The notes below the pieces were generated by a model. That model saw only the letters and a program-made list of their open reading frames with translations. It was not told where the DNA came from and did no database searches. The position numbers and the translations under genes are program-made. A stretch of 64,000 nt of DNA, taken from Owenia fusiformis. Taxonomy: Eukaryota. The stretch lies in the NCBI GenBank assembly GCA_903813345.2, contig CAIIXF020000001.1, forward strand, positions 26,908,001-26,972,000, written 5' to 3'. Of this stretch, positions 46,933 to 59,113 are shown in pieces; the stretch's first letter is position 1; the number at the start of each line of letters is the position of its first letter.

Positions 46933-49230
46933 TTTCGAATAACCTTAATAAGTAAGAAAAGGTCGGACCAAGGTCAGAGCAACCAACCAACCTATCATGG
47001 GCATTTAGACAAGATTATTTACAGGGAGCTGTTTACATATGTTCTATGTGTTAGTGATTTCTTGTTTCCAAACCATAACAAACACATTCTAATGCTTAGA
47101 ATGCAACATATAACAATGTAGATTCTGTTTGTAGATTTTAAAAAATTTCCAGGGTTCCTTTTGGGGCTCGCTTGCGATTTTACGAGAAGATGTTTTCGTC
47201 TTTGGAAACTTAGGACATTTCTTTGGATCACAATAATTTTGCAACTAATGGAGGCAGTATGCTAATTTTTACACCATAATATGCAGGATTATAATCCAAC
47301 CAAAGTCAGAAAAGAAAACATTAGGTTTTTCAGGCTGAGGCTAAAAAAAATTCCACCGAAAGATTGTTGAAGGGTTGAAGAATCGCAAATGTTGAAGTTC
47401 ACATTTTATCAATTTTCAGTGATGTTTGGTTAGGGCTTATAATTTCTGCCAAGTCTACAAAAAATGTATGGTACCAATAAAAAATTTAGACCTTCCTCTG
47501 TGAAAATATGAAAGGATTCCTGCAGGTAATAATGGAAATATAGCCCGTTGCAACAGTTCACTTTTTTGGACCACCCTGTATATAGCATATTGTCCAAATG
47601 CCTTCGCGCCCTTTTGTAAGATATGGCATTATTCCACAGAACTTTATAAGGCTTATCAGGCCTGAATAATTGATATAAGTCACCTGTTCTAAATTAAGTG
47701 GTAGGATTTGGCTGGTTTTGGCTTATATGTAAGTTAATGGTGATCATTACACTGTTGTAGTTGTAATATTGAGCGGTGAACCCTCTGTGATGTAAAATAC
47801 CTGAGTACATTAAAGTGTAAATGTGTGACTATGGACATATCATACTTGTCAATCTAATGGAAAAATATGGCATTTTTAAAAAACATTAATTTTAAAAGTG
47901 TTTGTTGATATCTTAAAAATTAAAAGTTGCTGGAAGATTATGATTATGAATAATAGTGTTCCAATTGTCGTATTCGTTGTTCCCTCTTCAAAAGAGGAAA
48001 TGTGAAAGCTTTTCCTTTAAAGGTCAAAATATTTCCCATGATGCAGTTCCTGGAGTAACAAATTCATACTTCCTTGTTTTCCCCCATAGGTTTAACATGG
48101 GTATTTTCACACCTATTTTTCAATCAATATATTCGTTCGTTAATATTCCCGTATGGGAGTGCAGAAAAATTATCAGAAATGATTGATCTCTTATTTATCT
48201 CAATATAACAGATATTTTTTTATTTTTTGATTCATAGCGTGATGAAAATGATGATTGAAAAGTAGAAAAGGTCACGTGATCGCCAAAACGGTAAAAATAA
48301 TTTCATTCGACTTTCAACACTTTCATTCCAATCTTACCGCACTATAAACTGCAACATGGATGCAACAACAGAATATAAATTTACTCATCTTCAAATTACA
48401 TTATAGAGTTACGTTGAAAACCCACAAACAACTGAGCAGTTGACCAAAGAAGACGTGTCGCTATTATCTAGGTCAATCGGTTCAGTGTCCAAAAGCAAAG
48501 CTATAGTACTTGTTTCCGAATTTTATTGTTCATTGTACAAGCTTTTCTTGATTATACTCAGTATACTGACCATTAAAGCAATGACAAAGAACAAAATTGG
48601 TAATTAATTTGATTTTAGAACTTCGGGTCATGCAAATAGCATGACCATACTTTTACATCAGGATGAAAAACAGCCTAGAATTATTCCCCAAACCAAACCC
48701 GGTCCTTTACTACATCATAGGCGTAGCACTCGGTACGCACAAGCGTACCAGATGGCTGCAGATACACTCCAAATACAACCAAACTTCAAAATTTTCTGGA
48801 GAGGGGAGAACCCCGAGACCCCCCTGAACACTCGGTTTTTGCTTCGCTCAACTCATGTTCTCGTGTTGGCATACTACCCATAGAAATAGTGTTACGCCCA
48901 TGTACATAATATGTAATGTCTTTTCTTTTTTTGCCTTTCTCAATGAGCCTAATATTAAGCTTTCCCCAGAGACAGGATGAAATAACTTGAATTTAAAGAG
49001 GAACCTAGATCTGCATGTAAAGTTGAACATAAGATATATCTTTAAATTATGGGCTATTTATTCTGCCCTCTTCCTAGAGTGAGAAGTTTTCAGGAATTCT
49101 TTTCACGTCATCAATCAAATAGCATGAATGCCTAATTTGATAAGTCTATTTTATTCTGTGTTCCAGTTGACTGTTACCTTATGTGATTTCCCTAAATCTG
49201 TGAGTTGATCAGTGACAACGCCTGGACAAG

Positions 49231-52200
49231 ATGGCTTCTGTATACATGTTGTCTGGAGAATACCAAGATCAGATCGAACACATCCACAAACAACTACAAC
49301 ATAAACTAGGTATGATAGTTTAGAATAATTTTTAAGCTCGTAGACAGCTTTTGGCCAAGGGGATCACTTGAAAAGTGCTCAGAATGGTGAAAAACTGCTT
49401 AATATGAAAGAGTATTTGGCCAAGGCCCTCACTATGGGCCTGATTTATATCAATAACCCATACCATAGCACAGGGGATATTTATTGACATAGCCCAAAGC
49501 AGTTGACTTATATCTAAGTTGATCATAATTTGGTCATATCTATAAAAACACAATTAACATTGTCATGACGTATAAAATCCCATTGTCATCTTAAACGACC
49601 CAAATGGTTAGTCACTTTCGGATCATTCCAAGACAAGACTCGTAACATTACATCAAATTCAATATGACAACAGCAAATAAATTGAAGTTATTTTCAAAGG
49701 AAATATGGTGAATAACAGTAAAAGTTTAAGATAGATAGATTCCTGGATCTAGGATTTTGTCAAACTGAGTTGCTTTATAAAAAGCTCACATCTGAGCACT
49801 CTTCCTGTTTTTATACAGTACTGTACTTTGTTAAGCAGTTATGTCCCTATCATTGAATATATGCCTAAGGTCTGTCACCAATATAGCCCGAGCTTGCGAG
49901 GGTTATATTACGACAGACCGAAGGCATATATTCAATGATACGGACATAACTGTTGTATTACATACTTTTATATCATGGCTACGTTATATCAATGACGCCA
50001 CGTGTCTGTGTGCGAGTGAAATTAGGAAGAAATGAAACATGACGTCCCGATGCCGTCATAAGATTGTCATGGTAAAAGGTTTGGCGGCTATACAGGAATA
50101 TATAGCCGACCTTCAGCTCCATTGACTTCAATACAAATGCTTCGCTGGGTATGTAATACATGGTATTATTGCTCTTTTGCAGTTGGGAATCATGTACTAA
50201 TTGGGTCACATTCACAGAACATTGGTTGTCTGAATGTCAAGACTATTACAGAGGTATACCTCCAGTTACACAACCAGTACAAGTTGTATCGCAATGAACG
50301 GGAAACCATGCTTAATCAGGAGGATCAACTCATTATAGTACAGCTCTGCATGGCTGAAAGAAATAAGAAGGTAGCGTACTTAATGAACGCCTTAAATGGA
50401 ATCCTTAAATGCCACTTTACATTGTCAATTCAGCAAAAGTCATTCGAAATTCCCAATATTGTTAATTCTGATTTTTAAATAATATGTTTGCAACAAAAGT
50501 TAAGTGAAATAAAGCTCTCTTAAAAATGTCTTATTTCAGTGCAGCTTTGTGAGTTTGATGGGAAGTATGAGTACTTCAAATCATTGTTTGACATTTTTTA
50601 TTAAGGAATTTGGATCATTTGAAGTCGATGTCAGTGCAGTGCTTGAAGCCCATACAAAGTTGACCAAACACATGCTTAATCCTACTGAATATGAACTGTC
50701 TGATGACCTGAGGCCTGTTAGTGACTTATATGCAAGTTTCATGAAGGAATGTAATATGTTAGACTGGTACACATTGTTCAGCAGAGTAAAAAAAGCCATG
50801 GAAAGTGATGAGAAACTCAAAGAAAATCTTGCCTCTATGAGTGTCTTAGCATGTGGAATCCCCCGAAGTGAAATTGAGGTACAGTTTTTACCATTTTAAA
50901 GTCAAATAGAAACACAGGCAATAATGAAAATAAGTAAAAAATAGTTTGTGCTTTGCAAAAAGTAAAGTGAGATATGTTACTAATCAAAAAAGGGAGAAAA
51001 AATCGTACATAGATTGTTTCCAGTTGATTTCAGATGAGGTCTAAGATTGTTATATGTATGTTTGCTGGCTAAATTCGTTGGCTTGTGTCTTCAGAAAGCA
51101 ATGTTTCTACATCTATGCACTGATAAGGCATGTGAAGCTGTAGAGGTAGAGACACCCTTGGATGGCTCAGCCAGTGATGTTAAAGTTAACTTATTGCCTA
51201 CTTCATTGATAGAGGGACTGGAGAAAGATGTAAACGCAAACTCAGCCACCCACCCTCAGTCAGTCACAGAGGTAAATCATGCACAGAGATTAGATCTTGG
51301 GGAGGGATTGTATACTGGGCATATCGATGAATAATATAAAATTGGATAGCGTTGTAACATCACACCTGTATGGATGGTGATATCAATTTGAAAATATAAA
51401 AATACAATCTAAAAAAATCTTTTCCTGAAAAGATGTATCTGTTAAATGCAAGTAAATCCATATCATTTAGGAGGAATCATCAATCACCTGAGGCAACTAG
51501 TGTTGAATTTCTGATAACATTTTACAGATTTATGCAACAAGTGTGTTCCTGGCATACATCCATCTGCTGGTGAATTCTCGGAGTGAGTTGTCTCTTGCCA
51601 GAGCTGTAAATGTCCCTGATAGGGGAATCGACCATGCTGCCTTCACAGACCTTAAGAGGGTATCTAAGCAGAAAAATATGCCAATGTATCAGGTATGTTA
51701 TATTTAGAAAGATGAGATTTTATGACTTCATGAAGGCATTATGCTAGTGTTGCCATTCAAAACTGAGGTAGTGCGTCTTTAGGAGGGGGGGGGGTATATA
51801 TTTACATGGGGTAGGGATACCTTACTGGCCTTTCATGGATATTGGTGTTGTTCACATCATTAGAGGGCATCCTGAATATTTTCATTTTGAATAATAGCAT
51901 CCATTTATCGTGATGTGTACTTGTATATTAATCATCTGTAATAGAAAAGATGGATGCTAAAATGTAGATAACATATATGGAAATAGAGACATTGACGACA
52001 TCTGTTATATAGCATTTTGTGTGTACTTTTATTCTTTTTGTGTTTTTAAACCAAGGCCTAAATAAATGTATATAGAACATTGCTCTCCCCAGGATTTTTT
52101 CTCAAGTGTATGCAAAATTCTTATTTTTTATTTATCATTTTTCATGATTTTATTCTCATTTTTCAAGTGGGTGCAAAATGATTCTCAGGTGGGTGTCACA

Positions 52201-55200
52201 GGGTCGGGTTCTTTATACCTTAGCTGATGTTAATAATATGAAAACTTTGGTTGTTTTTGAATTAAAATTAAAAATCTATTTCAAAGTTAATAAACATATT
52301 TACAAATTTACAGTTTACGATGGAATTTTCCAAATAAAATTCTACCTTTAACTTTCCTTATCTTAACACTAATCTAATTAACTTTTCTAATAACTAACTT
52401 AACTCACTTCCAATAAACAATAGTTTTCAAATTAAATTTTAATATACTCAACAAGAAGTATATTTGCACTACTGTATATAATTGTAACCGCTCACTATTG
52501 TCATTAGTAAAGCCTGCTGTCGTCAATAAAATGTAATTTTATGATAATTTAATTATATCACCATATTTTGAAGATCCACTGTTGTTATTGTACGAAACAC
52601 CTGCAGTCTAATAACTCTGCACACTGGTCTGCATCAGCGATAATAATCTGGCACGTACACAATTATAGTTATAGTTACATTGTCATAGATGCACAAACAC
52701 TCGCAGTTTGTAGCTCCTGCACACTGGTTCACACTATCGATATATAAACGGATATGTACACGTCTTGTCTGTAGTTACGTCAAATGTTCATTTTACAGAT
52801 ACACAATTCTTACGGTACGAGTAGCTCCTGGACTCTTGCAATAATGTCATATTCACATCACAGATTTTAATCACACGTATAATTGTCCTCGTCAGTAAGA
52901 ACAATAGCACGTTAATATACACACTTGTTTCACTTTTCGTAACGATTATTAGTTCTTCATCAGTTAGTAAAAGTTGACACTATTGTCACAATTTTCACAA
53001 GTTTCACTATCACTATGCAATCACATAAGTTCATAACTGTTGTAGAATATCTCATATTCTAGTTAACTTTCATTTCACATATCTCAAATGATGCATAATT
53101 CACTAAATATATATCAAAAATATCACATTCCACATTTGTGCTTTTCTCACTCTCTAAAACTAGTTTACTTCTACCTTTTCCCTACATGTCTACTCTATAT
53201 CACATATATATGGCTTGTTCCCAGTTCCTACACTTAAAATTACAGTGCTAATTTTGACCTAATTTGGTAATAAGTGAATGTAAGAATTTGTAGGAAAGGC
53301 CAGGGTAATTAAAAATTTGAGGTATATTAGGCTAAACCAATTTAATAAGGTAGTATTTGTGACATTACCCCCTTGTTTGAGAATATAGTATATATTCTTT
53401 AAAATATAAGTACATAGTATGTAATTTATGTTAGTGTGAGTAATACTATATGAGTATATGTAGTATGTAACTAAGTTCTTTTATGGTTATATTAGACATT
53501 TCTACTCAGAAAATCTGCTCCAAAGTTATCTGCTCCTTTAATGACTTCAATTGTGTAATCATATTGCTGTAGAAATAAGGCCCATCTTGTTAGTCTGGCA
53601 TTTGTCAATTTAGCTTTTTCCAGATAAGCTAATGGTTTGTGATCTGTTTGTATTTTGAATTTGGTGCCATGTAAATATTCTTGAAATCTGTTGATTCCCC
53701 AAACTACTGCCATACATTCACGTTCTACAGTCGAGTAATTTTGTTCACGAGGTGAGAGTTTCTTGCTTGCTGTTGAGACAATGTGCAATAAATTATCATG
53801 CTCTTGTAATAATATTGCACCAATTCCCACATCAGAGGCATCTGTTCGCAGGACAAATTGTTTGTCGAAATCCGGTAGTTTCATGATTGTTGTTATTGTA
53901 GTTTCGAATTAGTACACCATTCTTCCACTTAAAGAAGTAGGAACAGTTGTTCTTGGTTGTTTTGACATCTTTTGAGTCAGCTAGCTTTCTCACCTTTTCT
54001 AAGGTTATATCATTTTTCTGCTGATCTTTAAATTCACCATTTGATATTCCAGTTACAATGCATTTTGGTACTTTTAATTTTCTTTTGGGTTTACCTTCTT
54101 GTTTTGCTTGTTCTCTTGTCTGTACTGCAGCTAGTACAATTTCTTTGTCATCAACCTTTTGTGGCTTGATCTTGTTTGTTTCATTATTGTTGTGATTATT
54201 TTCCCCAACATTATTTGGTTCTTCTTTGATGATCATATTTTGGGTATTTTGATCATTTACTTTGCTGGGTTTAATTTTCTCGTGTTCTTCTGCGTTTTCT
54301 TTATTAGTTGTACTGCTCAAGGTAGCACCAGGAATTTCACCAATGATTAATTCACAAATTGGATTTTCAATACAAATGGCTTCTGTAGTTCCAGTGAAAA
54401 ATGGAGTTTCTACATATATTTCGGCCACATCTGCTGTTCTCATGGTTCTATCAATCATGATATATTTCTTCTGCTTTCCTGTGAACTGTTTTTTTGTCAC
54501 AAGGCTTGTTTTCACTACTACTCCGCTACATCCTGTGTCGCGAAGTACATTCACTCTCTTATTTCCCATAAATCCGATTTCTATAGGAAGTTTGGATATC
54601 TTTCCTTGTTTATAATCGCAGCTGCAGGATGAACCAACGACTGCTACATTACATCCACATGACAGTATTATACTTTTACCTGGCTTTATTTCACAGTTAT
54701 GTTCTCTAATATGACAGGATGCAGTTGAAATACTATCATCATCACTGCACTCATTCTCAGATGAAGGGTTTTCATCTGATTCATATAAAAGCCCAGCTGC
54801 ATTTGTTGGTTTCTTTATTCGGTTTTTAGAACAGTCTTTGGCCATATGCCCTTCTTGAAAACATATATAGCATACTCTGCCGGTTCTTTCTTCTGTTTTC
54901 TTTTGGTCAGTTTGATCTTTTGTCTCGTTTTCTTTAGTGTGTTTCCAATTTTCTTTCCCATTGTTTTTGTATCTTTCAGATCTGAATTTATTTCCTGTGG
55001 AATAGTCATCTTTTAGTGAGTGTATACCTCTAGCTTTGGTGTATCTATCTGCTTGTTCTGTGATGTCCCATCGTGTAGTTATGTTGTGTTCTCTAATAAA
55101 GGTAGATAACGGCTTTCCACATGAGTTTAAAAATTGCTCTCTAACAATAAGGTCAGTGATGCCTTCTATGGTTTTGGGTACTTCTGCGAGTTCTATCCAT

Positions 55201-58052
55201 CTATTAAAATAGTTATCTATTCTCGCCATATACTGAATAGCGCTTTCTCCTTTTTCTGGCTCAGAAGAATAAAATCTCTTTTTGAACCCATATTCTGTCA
55301 TTTCATAACGCTTTAAAAGGGCTATTTTCAGTGTTTGGTAACAGGAACATGCAGTCTCTGGTAGTCTGGTATACACTTCAAGTGCTTTTCCTTTTAATAA
55401 GGCACTCAAATACATGGCATAATTTTCTTCCTTCCATTCTTGAGTTTTTGCGTATCTTTCAAATCTAAGTAGATAAGCATCAATATTGTCAGTTGTCTCA
55501 TCAAAGAACGGTAACTTTGGAATTTTTGGTATTTGTTGACTCTCTCTGGTAGTGGTTGGTCTTTCTATATTACTTTGTTCTGCTCTGTTGATGCTTTCTA
55601 GTTTGATTTTTTCTAAATCTATTTGAAGCATCAACTCTTCTTTTCTTTGAGCTCCTAATTCAATGTTTTTCTTGTGTTCTCTTTCATATATTCTATCTTG
55701 TCTTTCTTGACATTTTTCTAATCGATCGCGCTCGGCAAAAATGAACTTTTCTAGTTTCTCGCCTGTATAGCCTAACTTTTCTCCCAATTCCATACATTTC
55801 TCCAGGTCTGATTTTTCTGATACGTTATTGTCTGTCATATCCATTTCCTGTTTTTCTTCCATTTTTCAGTAGTAAGGAAGAAAGTTAAAATACGCGTAAA
55901 TTTTTAAACATGTATAATGTATAACTTGTGCGATCGCGATGTAGGTGTAATTGTAGGTAGCGTGTACTGGATAAGAGGTTTAATAGGTGTAATTTTAGGT
56001 AGCGTGTACTGGATAAGAGATTTAATAAAAAGTATATTCAATTTTGTATTGATAAATTGATTTGATTTACTGTATTGGCAGTTTTTTGTTTTGTTTTTTT
56101 TATAACTTGGCACTATCTACTTTATTTAATGTAACTTTCTAACTTAACTCTTAAGCTAATTTAACTTCTAACTATAAGCAAGCTACTTTAACTTTATAAC
56201 ATGCTTATTTGAAATAAAGTAACATCTAAGTTAAGTAATGGCTATGGACGAGCCCCCATTGTCACAGGGTCGGGTTCTTTATACCTTAGCTGATGTTAAT
56301 AATATGAAAACTTTGGTTGTTTTTGAATTAAAATTAAAAATCTATTTCAAAGTTAATAAACATATTTACAAATTTACAGTTTACGATGGAATTTTCCAAA
56401 TAAAATTCTACCTTTAACTTTCCTTATCTTAACACTAATCTAATTAACTTTTCTAATAACTAACTTAACTCACTTCCAATAAACAATAGTTTTCAAATTA
56501 AATTTTAATATACTCAACAAGAAGTATATTTGCACTACTGTATATAATTGTAACCGCTCACTATTGTCATTAGTAAAGCCTGCTGTCGTCAATAAAATGT
56601 AATTTTATGATAATTTAATTATATCACCATATTTTGAAGATCCACTGTTGTTATTGTACGAAACACCTGCAGTCTAATAACTCTGCACACTGGTCTGCAT
56701 CAGCGATAATAATCTGGCACGTACACAATTATAGTTATAGTTACATTGTCATAGATGCACAAACACTCGCAGTTTGTAGCTCCTGCACACTGGTTCACAC
56801 TATCGATATATAAACGGATATGTACACGTCTTGTCTGTAGTTACGTCAAATGTTCATTTTACAGATACACAATTCTTACGGTACGAGTAGCTCCTGGACT
56901 CTTGCAATAATGTCATATTCACATCACAGATTTTAATCACACGTATAATTGTCCTCGTCAGTAAGAACAATAGCACGTTAATATACACACTTGTTTCACT
57001 TTTCGTAACGATTATTAGTTCTTCATCAGTTAGTAAAAGTTGACACTATTGTCACAATTTTCACAAGTTTCACTATCACTATGCAATCACATAAGTTCAT
57101 AACTGTTGTAGAATATCTCATATTCTAGTTAACTTTCATTTCACATATCTCAAATGATGCATAATTCACTAAATATATATCAAAAATATCACATTCCACA
57201 TTTGTGCTTTTCTCACTCTCTAAAACTAGTTTACTTCTACCTTTTCCCTACATGTCTACTCTATATCACATATATATGGCTTGTTCCCAGTTCCTACACT
57301 TAAAATTACAGTGCTAATTTTGACCTAATTTGGTAATAAGTGAATGTAAGAATTTGTAGGAAAGGCCAGGGTAATTAAAAATTTGAGGTATATTAGGCTA
57401 AACCAATTTAATAAGGTAGTATTTGTGACAGTGGGTGTAAGCATATTTTTAGAATCTCAAGTGGGTGTAGTACCCACTTGCTTTAATACTGGGTAGATCA
57501 CAGTCACTGCAGTGTTGCAGTGTTTACTTTCTTTTCAAAACTAGTGAAACATGAGTAGCTTAAATACAATTAAAATTTGTAAAAGAGATTTCTTTCTTGA
57601 AATCTATTTTTTGATCAGTGTTAACAATAATTCAGTAACTTCTAAACATTACATGTTTTATTGAATGTAAATAATGAAACATTCCATTTATAATCTTCAG
57701 ATACACCTACATGTAAATCTTAAAACCCGGTCATGGTTAACAGAACTGGGGCATAAAACTTGTTCAATTCAGATGATATTTTTTTAAGAAAAATCAGTAG
57801 CTGGCTGGTCCTTTTGAAACCATTGTGTTAGAAACCAAATGATATTTCCAAATCTGAGTTGCATGTCATTTATTTCATCAATGATTTATTGTTCCAGACT
57901 GCAGCCTCTTATATCATGAGGATTCGCCTTGGTGGTAAAAGTTACGCCCCTGACGTTAACTGTCCATTGAGGAACCATGTGAAAGGACTTGGGGAATTCA
58001 CTGACTTCCTTCATAAGCTGCAATGTATCGTTGAAGAGAACCCAAATACAAG
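49231..58052 (+). CDS. PARPBP: PCNA-interacting partner PARI / PARP1-binding protein, first 6 coding exons (3' partial)
   Basis: Exons 49231-49309, 50183-50370, 50606-50878, 51095-51271, 51528-51692, 57898-58052; phase-consistent and GT-AG. Motifs QLCMAERNK, LLVNSRSELSLA..VNVPDRG..AFTDLK, LGGKSYAP...PLRNHVKGL. Confidence 0.92.
49836..49952. repeat. Near-perfect 117 bp palindrome, possibly the core of a non-autonomous Crypton-like element
   Basis: cagttatgtccctatcattgaatatatgcct...aggcatatattcaatgatacggacataactg. Confidence 0.7.
53492..53884 (-). pseudogene. RNase H remnant (C-terminus of pol)
   Basis: FVLRTDASDVGIGAIL, YSTVERECMAV, QTDHKPL, ADFLSR then stop, shortly before the PPT. Confidence 0.92.
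53832..55862 (-). CDS. Gag (SCAN-like capsid, CCHC knuckle) and protease, truncated by deletion
   Basis: YLLRFERYA, LLKGKALEVY, DLIVREQFL, CYICFQEGHMAKDC, LRDTGCS; runs out of frame into RNase H at about 53888. Confidence 0.9.
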   Translation of the reverse strand: MEEKQEMDMTDNNVSEKSDLEKCMELGEKLGYTGEKLEKFIFAERDRLEKCQERQDRIYEREHKKNIELGAQRKEELMLQIDLEKIKLESINRAEQSNIERPTTTRESQQIPKIPKLPFFDETTDNIDAYLLRFERYAKTQEWKEENYAMYLSALLKGKALEVYTRLPETACSCYQTLKIALLKRYEMTEYGFKKRFYSSEPEKGESAIQYMARIDNYFNRWIELAEVPKTIEGITDLIVREQFLNSCGKPLSTFIREHNITTRWDITEQADRYTKARGIHSLKDDYSTGNKFRSERYKNNGKENWKHTKENETKDQTDQKKTEERTGRVCYICFQEGHMAKDCSKNRIKKPTNAAGLLYESDENPSSENECSDDDSISTASCHIREHNCEIKPGKSIILSCGCNVAVVGSSCSCDYKQGKISKLPIEIGFMGNKRVNVLRDTGCSGVVVKTSLVTKKQFTGKQKKYIMIDRTMRTADVAEIYVETPFFTGTTEAICIENPICELIIGEIPGATLSSTTNKENAEEHEKIKPSKVNDQNTQNMIIKEEPNNVGENNHNNNETNKIKPQKVDDKEIVLAAVQTREQAKQEGKPKRKLKVPKCIVTGISNGEFKDQQKNDITLEKVRKLADSKDVKTTKNNCSYFFKWKNGVLIRNYNNNNHETTGFRQTICPANRCL

Positions 58053-58740
58053 GTCAGTCACTGTGGTTTAGATTGGTAATCATTTAAGTTGGTGACATAT
58101 TTATCAATAGCAACCATTATTTATTTACAGTTATTATGTCACCACCACAATAAAGTGGTGACATATTGTTATGTCTTTTTGTGAATGGTGTATGGCAGTT
58201 AGTGTTCAGCAGTCAGTGTTTGTAACAAATGACAGGTGGTGCCATTTTGCCTTGATTATAATTATTTACATCTTTATGCTTGTGTTTGTCACTTCAATAA
58301 GGTGCATTATATTATGAAATAGAATTACTAGTTTGTAACTATTGATGCCGAGAACATATTAATTGATGTGATATAATAAAGCAAACAACTCATATCAGTT
58401 GATGCTCATGAATAGCTATGTTGTAACATCGCAATTACAATGAGAAAAGGTATTAGATCACCTGTTAGTAATTCAATTGTAAGTGAACATTCAATAGGTG
58501 ACTCATCCATCCTTAATGAAATGGGAATCCTATGATAAAGATTTGGTCCCATGGCCCATAAGTGTAAACTGTACTCTACCATAAGTGTTATGAAGAAATG
58601 TTATTTACCTATTACAAAAAATTGGAAAAATCCAATTATACATGTTAAGTTTGACTGAATTTTTAGTAATTTTACCCATGGAAGAACACAGGGATATTTT
58701 TCAGACAAAAATGAAATTAGTGATAACTGTTCTATTGTTA

Positions 58741-59113
58741 TTAAAGGGGCAACAAGGACTGTAGAGGAAATAGGAATTTTTTTTTCGTTTTTTCTGAGCT
58801 ATCAAGGCAACATTTGGTTTAACATCTTCTTTGACATACATATTTTCTTAAAATGTATGGATAAATTATCAATTTCAGCATTAAGAAGTGTAAATTCAGT
58901 TCAAAGTTTCAAAAAGGGGACTTCCACTTTTATATTTTTAAGATCCACCATGTTTCAAGAGGAATATCAGCTAAAATAAGGTTTATCTAGGGGGTTTCTT
59001 TGTAGATAATAAAAATAGATGTTAGTCTTGATGAAATATCCAAACTTAAATATATTTTGACACTGGTCCATGATCGTTGAATGACCCCTCTGCACTAATT
59101 ATTGCACCTTTAA
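58741..59113. mobile_element. Kolobok-like non-autonomous element
   Basis: TTAA-aggggcaa...ttgcacct-TTAA; internal part resembles 46485-46625. Confidence 0.6.

Larger units (their letters stand above)
52194..57430 (-). mobile_element. Gmr1-like Gypsy LTR retrotransposon with integrase and RT deleted, 5237 bp
   Basis: 1171 bp LTRs 52194-53364 and 56260-57430 (TGTCACA...TGTGACA); TSD gtggg; PBS 56246-56258 complementary to the tRNA-Pro 3' end GGACGAGCCCCCA; PPT AAGGGGG near 53367-53373. Confidence 0.95.
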
